A DNA stretch of 64,000 nt from Alphaproteobacteria bacterium (GTDB taxonomy: Bacteria; Pseudomonadota; Alphaproteobacteria; Rhizobiales; JAKIUO01), in NCBI GenBank assembly GCA_024280895.1, contig JAJRPI010000014.1, forward strand, positions 20,893-84,892, in the 5' to 3' direction. The first letter of the stretch is position 1. Each line of letters opens with the position of its first letter. Positions 1 through 9,715 of this stretch are shown piece by piece. The notes beneath the pieces are model-generated. The model made no database searches. It was given only the letters and a program-made list of their open reading frames with translations, and was not told the DNA's origin. Both the position numbers and the translations under genes were made by a program.

Positions 1-359
1 ACGGACGGCTCTGGAGCAGTAACAACTGGTTCAGGGGCAACATAATGGGGCGAAACGGCTGGCGCACTAGACAGTGCAGCCTCAATAGAATTGGCGGTCG
101 GCACGAAATCGCTGGCAGCCTGCATTTCATGAACTGAGCGAGTGTCTGCCCCACGAACTGAGCCATGATCAGACCCATTATCCTGTGCTTGTTCTGGCAT
201 TGGACGCATAGTTTGCAAGGTGTCAGCAGCACGCGCCAGACGCAGGTCTTCGCCGGACCTCATCGAGGGCTGTGTCGGGGCAGGAATGTCCTGCATTTCT
301 TTGATCGCCTCTTCAAGCGACCGTTTCAATCCGTCCACTGGTCTGTCCCCATTGGGCAA
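1..359 (-). CDS. 5' part of a hypothetical protein running off the left edge; Pro/Ala/Ser-rich, probably disordered N-terminus
   Basis: Manual translation of the minus strand is stop-free from ~497 to base 1 (LPNGDRPVDGLKRSLEEAIKEMQDIPAPTQPSMRSGEDLRLARAADTLQ...APEPVVTAPEPS). Start uncertain: TTG 359 or ATG 296. Absent from the ORF track because it is truncated. Confidence 0.55.
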   Translation of the reverse strand, partial: MPNGDRPVDGLKRSLEEAIKEMQDIPAPTQPSMRSGEDLRLARAADTLQTMRPMPEQAQDNGSDHGSVRGADTRSVHEMQAASDFVPTANSIEAALSSAPAVSPHYVAPEPVVTAPEPS

Positions 360-489
360 ATGTGCCGATTCACGCTGACTGTTATTAAGTTTATAGTGCC
401 TTGAGCTGACCCAAAAAGCAAGCGAACTTGGTACCTTGATGAACAAGTCAATCGCCGTGCACACACAATGTTTGTGCAAATAAGAAGGC

Positions 490-873
490 TTATCCGATCA
501 AGGAGACTGGCGCAATACGGCTAATAAGCCATTGAGGCAATGGCGCTTTACCTATTCCACAGCCTCCCATGAGACGGGGGTTATAGATTTTTACAAAGTT
601 AGGATCGCTTAGATCATCGGCATAAACGGCGCCGCAAAAATCAGGTGTACAGCGCTCACGCAAATAGCTTTCCGTCGTGCTCAGGAAAGATTTCATTTCA
701 TCGGCAGTAAACGGCTCCGCTGGCGGGGGGCCTTCTTGGGGCGCATAAACATACCAATCATGCGATCCGCTCAACAGCGCTTCCCACAAAATCTCGAAAT
801 CGGGCCAACGTAACACCCCCGAAAAACGACCATTTGCAGCGCTTTTATAGTCAATTACCAGTTCGTCGCTCAT
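490..873 (-). CDS. conserved hypothetical protein with Cys motifs (FCGAVYADD, MGGCG)
   Basis: 127-aa ORF whose start overlaps the upstream MBL stop (TAATG). Motif-rich (LRW...WYVY...P.P.W), consistent with a real conserved family. Confidence 0.75.
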   Translation of the reverse strand: MSDELVIDYKSAANGRFSGVLRWPDFEILWEALLSGSHDWYVYAPQEGPPPAEPFTADEMKSFLSTTESYLRERCTPDFCGAVYADDLSDPNFVKIYNPRLMGGCGIGKAPLPQWLISRIAPVSLIG

Positions 874-1796
874 TATTCGAACTCCATTTGCGCAAAAACC
901 GACATAGCATTTCGTTTCGATATGCTCTCATATACCTTAAGGTGCTTGAAGGAAGTTTGATCAACATCAACCACCGTTTTCATATCGCCACCCTTTTCGA
1001 GATGGGCTGCCACCTGCTTACGCAAATGGACCAGATAATTGTAAGTCTGCGCTTTGGCTTTTTCAAGAGTGCTGGCATGTCCGTGCCCGGGTACAACATG
1101 TTGGGGCGATAGCGCCGCCATCGCATCAAAACTCTCTACCCATGAGGCTGAACTGGATTGTGGCCCAACGCCAAGCAGACGTTCGAGATAAACAATATCG
1201 CCCGTGAATACCGTTTGCGCGGATGGCACGTAAACATAGCTGTCACCCGGTGTATGGGCCGCCCCCTTATGAGTGATAATAAACTCTACCCCGCCTAACG
1301 CGAACTTGTGTTCCTCGTCAAAGACCGTATCGGCATAGACCAGTTCTGTTCCTGTCAGCCCCTCACTACCAACCAATTGCTGAAGCATGGTCATTTGCAG
1401 GGAGCCTCGCTCCTTTTGATCGGCAACCGCAGCGCTTGAAGCAATGATCGTTGCGCCCTTGCTCTTCCAATAGCTATTGCCAATCCAGCGATGGTCCTGC
1501 CCACCTGTATTAATAACAATTTTAACTGGCTTGTCAGTGAAGCTCGCAATCGCTTTATCGATCTGTTGGGCGCCCTTATAGGAACCGCCCGGGTCCATCA
1601 AAACCACACCACCTTTGGTGATGACCACGCCAAAGGTTGCATTATTGCCATAGTTTTGCGGGGAGCGCTGCTGCATTTCACCGACCAGAGCATAGATATT
1701 TTCGGTTACTTTTTGAACTTCGAGCGAGGCCGCCAAGGCCATTGAACCCGATGTGAAAAAAGCCAGAAAACAATATACGACTGTCAAAATTTTCAT
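873..1796 (-). CDS. exported MBL-fold metallo-hydrolase, SoxH-like
   Basis: Signal peptide MKILTVVYCFLAFFTSGSMALA. MBL motifs NTGGQDHRW (variant HxHxDH), AHTPGD, FTGD, VPGHG. ATG 1796 lies 1 nt after the apt stop. Confidence 0.8.
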   Translation of the reverse strand: MKILTVVYCFLAFFTSGSMALAASLEVQKVTENIYALVGEMQQRSPQNYGNNATFGVVITKGGVVLMDPGGSYKGAQQIDKAIASFTDKPVKIVINTGGQDHRWIGNSYWKSKGATIIASSAAVADQKERGSLQMTMLQQLVGSEGLTGTELVYADTVFDEEHKFALGGVEFIITHKGAAHTPGDSYVYVPSAQTVFTGDIVYLERLLGVGPQSSSASWVESFDAMAALSPQHVVPGHGHASTLEKAKAQTYNYLVHLRKQVAAHLEKGGDMKTVVDVDQTSFKHLKVYESISKRNAMSVFAQMEFE

Positions 1797-1797
1797 T

Positions 1798-2343
1798 TTA
1801 TTCTCCTTCAAACTCAACCAGAGAATGGACCTTGACGCCAGTTTCCAAAAGCTTGGCTTTTCCGCCCAAATCCGGCAAATCGACGACGAAACAAGAAGCG
1901 ACCACGTCGGCTCCCGTATCTTCCAGCAATGCAAGCGCCGCCAGTGCCGTACCGCCCGTGGCGATCAAATCATCAATCAGCAGCACTTTTTCACCATGCG
2001 CCAGGGCATCTTTATGAATTTCTACGGCATCCTCACCATATTCAAGCTGATAAGACCGCGTAATGGTTTCCCCCGGCAGCTTGCCTTTTTTACGGATGGG
2101 AATAAACCCAAGCCCCAGCTCATGGGCAATCGCCCCTCCAAGAATAAAGCCCCGCGCCTCGATCCCCACCACATAGTCAATACGGGTGCGCAAAAACGGC
2201 CAGACCATCTCGTCAACGGTGGCGCGAAAGGCCAATGGATCAGCGATCAGCGTCGTGATATCGCGAAACATGATGCCAGGTTTTGGATAATCGGCAATGG
2301 TACGAATATATTTTTTGAGATCAAATCCGTTTCGCAGTTCCAT
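1798..2343 (-). CDS. apt: adenine phosphoribosyltransferase
   Basis: [33 protein letters not shown] loop [11 protein letters not shown]. Confidence 0.97.
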   Translation of the reverse strand: MELRNGFDLKKYIRTIADYPKPGIMFRDITTLIADPLAFRATVDEMVWPFLRTRIDYVVGIEARGFILGGAIAHELGLGFIPIRKKGKLPGETITRSYQLEYGEDAVEIHKDALAHGEKVLLIDDLIATGGTALAALALLEDTGADVVASCFVVDLPDLGGKAKLLETGVKVHSLVEFEGE

Positions 2344-2344
2344 T

Positions 2345-3229
2345 CTATGCACTTTCCTGATTGAGAACCCGGCCCGCAACCGCGTCCAGTTTTTTTAACA
2401 AAGCCGGGTCGCGCGCCTCTGGCGCTGTAATGATCGCACTATCAAGGACGCGGTCAGACCCAAGCGGGCACGCTTCATGCTCGGCTGGAAAATCACCGGC
2501 AAGACGCGCAATGAGCCGGCCAGCCTTGGCAGAATTATCCATCAAGGTTTTAATGATCTGTTCAATATCGACGTCGCGATGATCTTCATGCCAGCAATCA
2601 TAGTCGGTGACCATGGCCACGCTGGCATAACAAATCTCTGCTTCACGGGCCAGCTTGGCCTCTGGCATATTGGTCATGCCAATGACGTCACAGCCCCATT
2701 GGCGATACATCAAACTTTCGGCGCGGGTGGAGAATTGTGGCCCCTCCATCGCCAGATAGGTGCCACCGGTAACATGGGGAATATCTTCAGCGATGGCGGC
2801 CTTTTCAATACGATCGCCAAGTAAGGGGCTGACAGGATCAGCCATTGGCACATGCGCTACGCAGCCCGTGCCAAAGAAACTCTTCTGGCGCGCGATGGTG
2901 CGATCGATAAACTGGTCGACCAGCACAAAGGTGCCCGGTGACAGTTCTTCTTTGAACGAGCCGCAGGCTGAAACCGACACAAGATCAGTGACCCCGGCCC
3001 GCTTTAAAGCGTCTATATTGGCGCGATAATTGATCTCGCTGGGTGGTATGGCATGCCCGCGACCATGACGCGGCAGGAAAACCATGGGCAGTCCACCAAG
3101 CTCGCCAAATAACAGCTCCTCAGAGGGGGACCCCCACGGGGTGTCAATTTTCTCGCTGCGCCTGTTCTCCAGCCCCGGCAGATCGTAAAGGCCGGATCCG
3201 CCAATAATGCCCAACACCGCCTTTGTCAT
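2345..3229 (-). CDS. mtnP: S-methyl-5'-thioadenosine phosphorylase
   Basis: [46 protein letters not shown]. Confidence 0.95.
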   Translation of the reverse strand: MTKAVLGIIGGSGLYDLPGLENRRSEKIDTPWGSPSEELLFGELGGLPMVFLPRHGRGHAIPPSEINYRANIDALKRAGVTDLVSVSACGSFKEELSPGTFVLVDQFIDRTIARQKSFFGTGCVAHVPMADPVSPLLGDRIEKAAIAEDIPHVTGGTYLAMEGPQFSTRAESLMYRQWGCDVIGMTNMPEAKLAREAEICYASVAMVTDYDCWHEDHRDVDIEQIIKTLMDNSAKAGRLIARLAGDFPAEHEACPLGSDRVLDSAIITAPEARDPALLKKLDAVAGRVLNQESA

Positions 3230-3308
3230 AAAGTCTCCGATCATAACTGCAAATTGCCAGCTGAGATATTTTCAGCGCGAACACACCATGCCAGCAAATG
3301 AAGCAAAG

Positions 3309-3343
3309 AAAAAGGGCATCCGGTTCCCCGAACACCCTTTTTT
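3309..3343 (-). terminator. intrinsic terminator after petC
   Basis: Minus strand GGGTGTTCGG-GGAA-CCGGATGCCC followed by TTTTT; A/T tracts on both sides. Confidence 0.7.
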
Positions 3344-3369
3344 ATCATCTATGTCAATTGCAGCTCAAA

Positions 3370-4323
3370 CTAATGTTTGACGCCTGCCCAAATGGTGCGT
3401 TTGACGGCATACATCAGACCCGACAGGATGATCAGATAGATCAGCACTTTCAGGCCAAGGCTCTTGCGTGCATTCAAATGCGGCTCTGACGCCCACATCA
3501 AATAGGCAGCAACATCCCTTGATTTTGCATGCAGCTCCTTGTTGGCTTCCTTGTCGGCTTCCGCTCCTGTTTCCAAGGTTCCAAGTGGTGCAGCCATGGA
3601 AATGGCATTACCGGGGAACACATAGTTGAAGCTTCGGTCACCAACATCAACACCGGCAGGTGCCTCCTCGGCATAGCTTGTCAGCAGCGCGTAGATATAG
3701 TCAGCACCACCTTCTTGATATTGCGTGGTCACATCCTTGGCCACACTAACAATCCAGCTGCCATATTCCATCAGACCCACAAAGGGGGCCGCATACCAGG
3801 CACTTGGCTCTGAATTGTCAGCCACATGAGGAATACCGCGCGCCTTGGCTATGACCGATAGATCAGGTGGCAACGCGCCAGCATTGGCCGCCATCGCCGC
3901 TTTTTTATTGGCATATGGCGAAAGCATGCGATCCGTGAAGAGCGCTGCTCGCATCAAGCGAGAACCGTCTTCATCACTATGGGTCAGACCTTCCTCATTT
4001 GGTTCTGCAGGCACTTCTTTTTCGGCAATAAGCGCTTTTAGCTCATCTTTGGTGAATTCGGGACCGCCCTCTTCCATCAGATTGCGCCATGACAAAAGAT
4101 TCATACCATGACAGGCTGAACAGACTTCATTATAGACGGCAAATCCGCGTTTCAGTTGCGCCTTGTCATAGCTGCCAAGCAAACCACTGAACGACCAGTT
4201 TTGGCGTTCAACATGAGATTTATCATGATGTTCCCCAGCTTTTTCAGCAGCACCGGCCATGCCAATCCCGCCAAAAACGGTCAGGGCAACGGCAAATGAT
4301 GCAAGTGTATTTTTTACAGACAT
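3370..4323 (-). CDS. petC: cytochrome c1
   Basis: Signal peptide, CSACH heme motif, PPDLS, Met ligand in ISMAAPL, C-terminal membrane anchor; third gene of the pet operon. Confidence 0.96.
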   Translation of the reverse strand: MSVKNTLASFAVALTVFGGIGMAGAAEKAGEHHDKSHVERQNWSFSGLLGSYDKAQLKRGFAVYNEVCSACHGMNLLSWRNLMEEGGPEFTKDELKALIAEKEVPAEPNEEGLTHSDEDGSRLMRAALFTDRMLSPYANKKAAMAANAGALPPDLSVIAKARGIPHVADNSEPSAWYAAPFVGLMEYGSWIVSVAKDVTTQYQEGGADYIYALLTSYAEEAPAGVDVGDRSFNYVFPGNAISMAAPLGTLETGAEADKEANKELHAKSRDVAAYLMWASEPHLNARKSLGLKVLIYLIILSGLMYAVKRTIWAGVKH

Positions 4324-4343
4324 TTGTTTATTCCTTTTCCTGA

Positions 4344-5615
4344 CTAGTGGCCAGAAGATGCGGTTTGCGCACCTTCTGATATTTTGCCATGATGGCCCAG
4401 CACTGCGTCGGTTATACTACCCGGCATGCGGCGATTGGTTGTCTCCATTTTGGAAAGTAACGGCACGATCACCAGGAAGTAGATGAACCAGTAAGCGGTC
4501 AAAATTCTTGATGCGGTGACATACCATCCCTCGGCCGGTTTGGCGCCAAGGAAACCAAGCAACATGGCAACAATCACAAACAACCAGAAGAAGAACCGCG
4601 CCTTGGGCCGATAGCGCAGCGAGCGGATCGGGTTACGATCCAGCCATGGCAGAACAGCCACAACCATGATCGCACCAAACATGGCGATCACACCACCCAG
4701 CTTGTCGGGGATAGCCCTTAGAACCGCATAGAACGGCAAGAAATACCATTCAGGCACAATATGCGCCGGTGTGACCACCGGATTGGCACGGATGAAGTTA
4801 TCGGGATGGCCCATATAATTGCTCATATAGAACACGAAGAAAGCATAGATCGTCAGGAAGACGACCGACATATACATATCTTTCATCGTGAAATAGGGAT
4901 GGAATGGCAAGGTGTCATCCGAAGATTTGACCGACAATCCTTCTGGATTATTACTGCCGACCACATGCAAGGCCCAAACGTGAATGAACACGAAAGCCAC
5001 CAGCAACATGGGTACCAGATAATGCAAAGAGTAGAAGCGGTTCAACGTTGGCTGGGAAACAGCATAAGCGCCCCATAAGAACTGCGTGATACTATCACCC
5101 ACCAGTGGGATGGCGCTAAACAGGTTGGTAATCACCGTTGCGCCCCAAAAGCTCATCTGCCCCCAAGGAAGCACATAGCCCATGAAAGCGGCGGCCATCA
5201 TCATGATATAGATGACCACACCAACCAGCCACAAGATCTCGCGAGGAGCCTTGTAAGAGCCGTAATAAATGCCGCGAAGAATATGGATATAAACCGCGAT
5301 GAAGAAGAACGAGGCACCGTTGGAATGCATATTGCGCAACAACCAGCCCCAGTTCACATCACGCATGATATGTTCAACACTGTTAAACGCCATATCCGCA
5401 TGCGGGATATAGTGCATGGCCAGGATGATGCCGGTGATCAACTGAATGATCAAAAAGAAGAACAGAACCATTCCCATGGTCCACCAGTAATTGAGATTAC
5501 GTGGCGTTGGAAAAACGATAAACTGGTCGCTCACCATACGAGCGACTGGCAGTCTTTCATCGAACCATTTGGCAATGCCCCATTTAGGTTCGTAATTGGA
5601 TTCGTGGTGCCCCAT
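4344..5615 (-). CDS. petB: cytochrome b
   Basis: [23 protein letters not shown] motif, conserved His heme ligands. Confidence 0.99.
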   Translation of the reverse strand: MGHHESNYEPKWGIAKWFDERLPVARMVSDQFIVFPTPRNLNYWWTMGMVLFFFLIIQLITGIILAMHYIPHADMAFNSVEHIMRDVNWGWLLRNMHSNGASFFFIAVYIHILRGIYYGSYKAPREILWLVGVVIYIMMMAAAFMGYVLPWGQMSFWGATVITNLFSAIPLVGDSITQFLWGAYAVSQPTLNRFYSLHYLVPMLLVAFVFIHVWALHVVGSNNPEGLSVKSSDDTLPFHPYFTMKDMYMSVVFLTIYAFFVFYMSNYMGHPDNFIRANPVVTPAHIVPEWYFLPFYAVLRAIPDKLGGVIAMFGAIMVVAVLPWLDRNPIRSLRYRPKARFFFWLFVIVAMLLGFLGAKPAEGWYVTASRILTAYWFIYFLVIVPLLSKMETTNRRMPGSITDAVLGHHGKISEGAQTASSGH

Positions 5616-5704
5616 GGGCTATCCCCCCTTCCATAAACTATTGTTTATTTCAAATTTCTTGCGTTCATACCGATCAGTCCAACCACCCCCAAAGGGCATT
5701 TGAG

Positions 5705-6247
5705 TTAACCGATTTTGATTTTGGTATCGCTGACAAAAGAATAATCAGGCACATCCAGATTGCGGGGTGCCGGTCCTTTGCGAATTCGACCTGATGTATC
5801 GTAATGCGACCCGTGGCATGGGCAGAACCAACCATTATAGTCGCCTTTGACATCACCAGTTTTTTGACCATTTGGCACGCAACCCAGATGGGTACAAATA
5901 CCGACCATGACCAACCATTCCGGCTTTTTGGTCCGTTCGCTATCTTTTTGCGGATCCCTCAGGCTAGCGACATCAACTTTGCCAGCTTCCTCGATTTCAG
6001 ATGCTCCGCGATGGCGGATAAAAACCGGTTTGCCGCGCCACAATACGGTGATCGCCTGTCCAACTGCGACGGGCGAGATATCAACCTCGATTGAGGCAAG
6101 TGCTTTTTGTGAAGCGTCAGGGTTCATCTGGTCGACGAAGGGCCAGATCACCGCTGCCATACCAACTGATGCGAATGCGCCAGTACCAATATAAAGGAAG
6201 TTACGGCGCGTCGACCCTTCCTGATGTTCATCCATAGTCGCTGTCAT
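5705..6247 (-). CDS. petA: ubiquinol-cytochrome c reductase Rieske Fe-S subunit
   Basis: Tat motif TRRNFL; CTHLGC and CPCHGS boxes. Confidence 0.99.
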   Translation of the reverse strand: MTATMDEHQEGSTRRNFLYIGTGAFASVGMAAVIWPFVDQMNPDASQKALASIEVDISPVAVGQAITVLWRGKPVFIRHRGASEIEEAGKVDVASLRDPQKDSERTKKPEWLVMVGICTHLGCVPNGQKTGDVKGDYNGWFCPCHGSHYDTSGRIRKGPAPRNLDVPDYSFVSDTKIKIG

Positions 6248-6460
6248 TGTTTATTTTCCTTCGATGACATACTTTCCCTCCCCAAGAAATGAGTTGGTGT
6301 CCAACCCAAAGGGAACAGTCCGCTCTTTTTTTTGCATTTAAATGTTCGCACGTCTAGCGTATCCATGCGGGCAAATCAGCGCAGCTAGCATTTTATGTAT
6401 AAAGTTCTTGACCTGCTCGAATGCCTGGCCCCCTCTATGCTCTTGAAAAAGCGAAAACTC

Positions 6461-6937
6461 ATGAATATTGCCCTTTATCAACCTGACATCCCACAAAATA
6501 CCGGCACGATTTTAAGAATGGCCGCGTGTCTTGACCTGCATGTCGACATTATTGGCCCTGCAGGTTTTGACTTGTCTAACCGTGCCTTGAAGCGAGCAGG
6601 CCTTGACTATCTTGACAGGGCCGCTTTTGATCTGCATGACGATTTCAGCGCATTTGTGCAAAGCAGAATTGAACGAGATGGCATGAAATTAATATTGGCA
6701 ACCACGACAGGTGCAACGCCCTATCTTGAACACCGCTTCACCAAGAATGATATTCTTTTGATGGGCAGCGAAAGTTCTGGTGTGCCCCAAAATATTCATG
6801 AGTTGGCCGATGCGCGCATAAAAATTCCCATGCAGGCAGGCACACGCTCGCTTAATCTGGCACTCTCAACCGCCATGATCATGGGAGAGGCTCTGCGCCA
6901 AACAGATGGATTTGAATTTAAGGACCCTGGAATATGA
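6461..6937 (+). CDS. trmL: tRNA (cytidine/uridine-34-2'-O)-methyltransferase, SPOUT family
   Basis: [31 protein letters not shown]. Confidence 0.92.
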   Translation: MNIALYQPDIPQNTGTILRMAACLDLHVDIIGPAGFDLSNRALKRAGLDYLDRAAFDLHDDFSAFVQSRIERDGMKLILATTTGATPYLEHRFTKNDILLMGSESSGVPQNIHELADARIKIPMQAGTRSLNLALSTAMIMGEALRQTDGFEFKDPGI

Positions 6938-7836
6938 GTGAGAGCGCTGCGAACCAAGATCAACAACTGGATCAAAACAAACAACAAGCTGCCGCCTGGT
7001 TTCGCGAGCTGCGCGATCAGATTTGCGCAGCTTTTGAAAAGCTTGAAGATGATGTTAATGAGGCAATGGTACCTGGGCAGCCCGGACGATTTGTGCGTAC
7101 CCCGTGGGAGCGCACCGACCATACCAGCGCCAAGGGCGGCGGCGGCGAAATGTCGATGATGCACGGCCGCATGTTCGAAAAGGTCGGCGTGCACATCTCC
7201 ACCGTTCATGGCGAGTTCGCGCCCGAATTTCGCAAACAGATCCCCGGGACAGAGGAAGATCCACGTTTTTGGGCGGCGGGCATTTCCCTCATTGCCCATC
7301 CCCACAACCCCAATGTGCCAGCCGTTCATATGAATACCCGCTTTGTGGTGACAACGAAATCGTGGTTTGGCGGTGGCGCCGACCTCACACCTGTACTTGA
7401 TCGTCGCCGTAATCAGACAGACGCCGATACTTTGTCTTTTCACGAGGCCATGAAATCGGCTTGTGACATGCACGATGTGGCCGACTATGAGCACTATAAA
7501 AAATGGTGTGAAGAATATTTCTACCTGCCCCACCGTGATGAACCACGCGGCATTGGCGGCATTTTTTATGACCGGCTTAATAGCGGTTCTTTTGCTGACG
7601 ATCTGGCCTTCACCACCGATGTAGGACGCGGTTTTCTGGCCGTCTATCCAATGATCGTGCGGCGCAATATGAACGAACCGTGGACGCCAGAAGATCGCGA
7701 AGAACAGCTGATCCGGCGGGGACGCTATGTGGAATTTAACCTGCTGCATGACCGCGGCACGATCTTTGGCCTCAAAACCGGCGGCAATATAGACAGCATT
7801 TTATCCTCTATGCCGCCAGTGGTGAAATGGCCCTAG
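6934..7836 (+). CDS. hemF: oxygen-dependent coproporphyrinogen III oxidase
   Basis: [40 protein letters not shown]. Confidence 0.98.
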   Translation: MSESAANQDQQLDQNKQQAAAWFRELRDQICAAFEKLEDDVNEAMVPGQPGRFVRTPWERTDHTSAKGGGGEMSMMHGRMFEKVGVHISTVHGEFAPEFRKQIPGTEEDPRFWAAGISLIAHPHNPNVPAVHMNTRFVVTTKSWFGGGADLTPVLDRRRNQTDADTLSFHEAMKSACDMHDVADYEHYKKWCEEYFYLPHRDEPRGIGGIFYDRLNSGSFADDLAFTTDVGRGFLAVYPMIVRRNMNEPWTPEDREEQLIRRGRYVEFNLLHDRGTIFGLKTGGNIDSILSSMPPVVKWP

Positions 7837-7851
7837 GTGAAATTGCGAATG

Positions 7852-7913
7852 AAGTATAACAATATACACATAAGTATAACAATATATTGTTATACATTGA
7901 TAACTTTGTTATA
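7852..7913. promoter_or_regulatory. operator-like array: direct repeat plus perfect 22-bp palindrome
   Basis: AAGTATAACAATATA at 7852 and 7872; GTATAACAATATATTGTTATAC (7874-7895) is a perfect palindrome; a further GTTATA at 7908. Confidence 0.6.
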
Positions 7914-7921
7914 TATCCAAT

Positions 7922-9103
7922 ATGGATCAAATTAGAAACCCCTTTGCCCCCGGCGCGGGCTCCAAACCGCCAGCTTTGGCCGGGCGAGACGACATTATTT
8001 CAGATGCTGAGATTGCCCTTCAACGGATCATCATCGGCAGGCATGACAAATCCCAAATTCTTTTGGGTTTGCGTGGAACCGGTAAAACGGTATTGCTCAA
8101 CAAAATTGAAGAGCTGGCGGAAAAGCATGGCCACCTGACCTCTTTTATAGAAGCACCGGAAGGCAAATCTCTCGCCACTCTGCTCTATCCCAAGATCTCT
8201 CAGGTGCTACGCAAGCTCTCACTTGTTGAAAACGCCAAAGCAAAAGCCCACGACGCCAAACGCGCTTTGCGCTCGTTTGCCAGCACTTTCAGAGTAAAGA
8301 TGGGGGACTTCGAGGTTTCTGTTGATCCAGAGAGCGGCGTTGCTGATAGCGGCAATCTTGAATTTGATTTAACCGAGCTTTTTGTAAAAGTTGGCGAAAC
8401 AGCAAAAATTGCAGGCAAAGCCTGGACACTCTTGATCGATGAGGTTCAATACCTGTCTGAAGAAGAGCTGGCGTCTTTGATTGTTGCCATACATCGCATT
8501 GGGCAAAAACAGTTACCAATTATGTTTTTTGGTGCCGGATTGCCCCAAACAGCCGCCCTCACTGGTGACGCCAAATCATATGCCGAGCGGCTTTTTAACT
8601 ATCCAGCCATAGGCCCTCTTGATGAGGTGTTTGCAATCATTGCCATAAAACAGCCCATTGAAGAAGAAGAAAAGGCCATAACGGATGAAGCTCTTGATAT
8701 GATCATCAAGCAAACCGAGGGCTACCCCTACTTCTTGCAGGAGTGGGCGTTTCAGGCATGGAATATCGCGGACCAATCGCCGATCGACAAGGATGATGTA
8801 GAGGCTGCATCAATTGCCGCTCTTCAACGACTTGATGACGGCTTTTTTCGCGTTCGCTATGCGCGCCTCACCCCCAAGGAGCGCGAATATGTGATGGCTA
8901 TGGCAAGTCTTGGCAAGGGACCATACAGATCTTCAGATGTTGCTGACGTGCTGAAAGGCAATGTCAGGTCATATGGACCACGCCGCGCAAAAATAATCAG
9001 CAAAGGAATGATATACAGCCCCGCACACGGAGATATTGCGTTTACAGTCCCACTATTTGAGGAATATCTCCAGCGGCTCAAAGACGGGGAAAAGCAGATA
9101 TAA
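7922..9103 (+). CDS. AAA/STAND-like ATP-binding protein with probable C-terminal winged helix
   Basis: NPF..G..P..LAGR N-terminus, Walker A GLRGTGKT, Walker B LLIDE, GYPYFLQ, C-terminal SSDVADVL...KGMIY...FTVPLF. Confidence 0.85.
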   Translation: MDQIRNPFAPGAGSKPPALAGRDDIISDAEIALQRIIIGRHDKSQILLGLRGTGKTVLLNKIEELAEKHGHLTSFIEAPEGKSLATLLYPKISQVLRKLSLVENAKAKAHDAKRALRSFASTFRVKMGDFEVSVDPESGVADSGNLEFDLTELFVKVGETAKIAGKAWTLLIDEVQYLSEEELASLIVAIHRIGQKQLPIMFFGAGLPQTAALTGDAKSYAERLFNYPAIGPLDEVFAIIAIKQPIEEEEKAITDEALDMIIKQTEGYPYFLQEWAFQAWNIADQSPIDKDDVEAASIAALQRLDDGFFRVRYARLTPKEREYVMAMASLGKGPYRSSDVADVLKGNVRSYGPRRAKIISKGMIYSPAHGDIAFTVPLFEEYLQRLKDGEKQI

Positions 9104-9127
9104 TTTCTATTAGATTCTGATACGCCA

Positions 9128-9484
9128 TCAGGCCGCGGCAACATCACTCAAGAAGTCATCGATCTTGCTTTGCAGCTCGCCCGCCTGCTCGCTCACCTCA
9201 TGCACGGCCGACATGACATCCAAAGCAGCACCGCTATTTGTTTCGGCGCTCAAGATTGCAAGGCGCCCTTCCATAGCGATCACCAATTTTTCCAGGATAA
9301 TATAAGTATCATTCTTGTTCAAAAGCGCCGTATTTTGCTGTTCCAAAAGAACATATTTCGCTCCAAGCCCTATAAATCCCAGAGTAGACAATATGACCAG
9401 AACGGCGACCCAAATGGCCAGCGAGACCTGGTTTACGCTATCTGCGATCCCTCGAGCGGCAGTGCTTGCGCGATTGAAATTCAT
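9128..9484 (-). CDS. small membrane protein built around a chemoreceptor (MCP) C-terminal helix; possibly a remnant
   Basis: One TM segment (LAIWVAVLVILSTLGFIGLG). C-terminus AALDVMSAVHEVSEQAGELQSKIDDFLSDVAAA matches the typical alphaproteobacterial MCP tail. Confidence 0.5.
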   Translation of the reverse strand: MNFNRASTAARGIADSVNQVSLAIWVAVLVILSTLGFIGLGAKYVLLEQQNTALLNKNDTYIILEKLVIAMEGRLAILSAETNSGAALDVMSAVHEVSEQAGELQSKIDDFLSDVAAA

Positions 9485-9715
9485 TTTCTTATCCCAGGTT
9501 TGAGCTCACCCCGTTGGTTTAATCTCTGGAAAACAAAAACTTTAAGACATCATTTGCATTCTCATTACCGAGACAAGGCTTACACTGATAGTTCATAAAT
9601 CAAGACGTCAATGCCCCTTTGGAAACCAGCGCCAATGCCTTATAATTTCGATTAGTCTGGTGTCAAAGGAGGCACCTTCGCAAATCAATTTGTCACTATC
9701 TGGAATATGATCTTC

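Noticed and set aside
6796..7749. Long antisense ORFs (also 45015-45929, 53646-54752, 56066-56794, 18873-19559)
   Set aside because: Shadow frames of well-supported genes, with no recognisable motifs.
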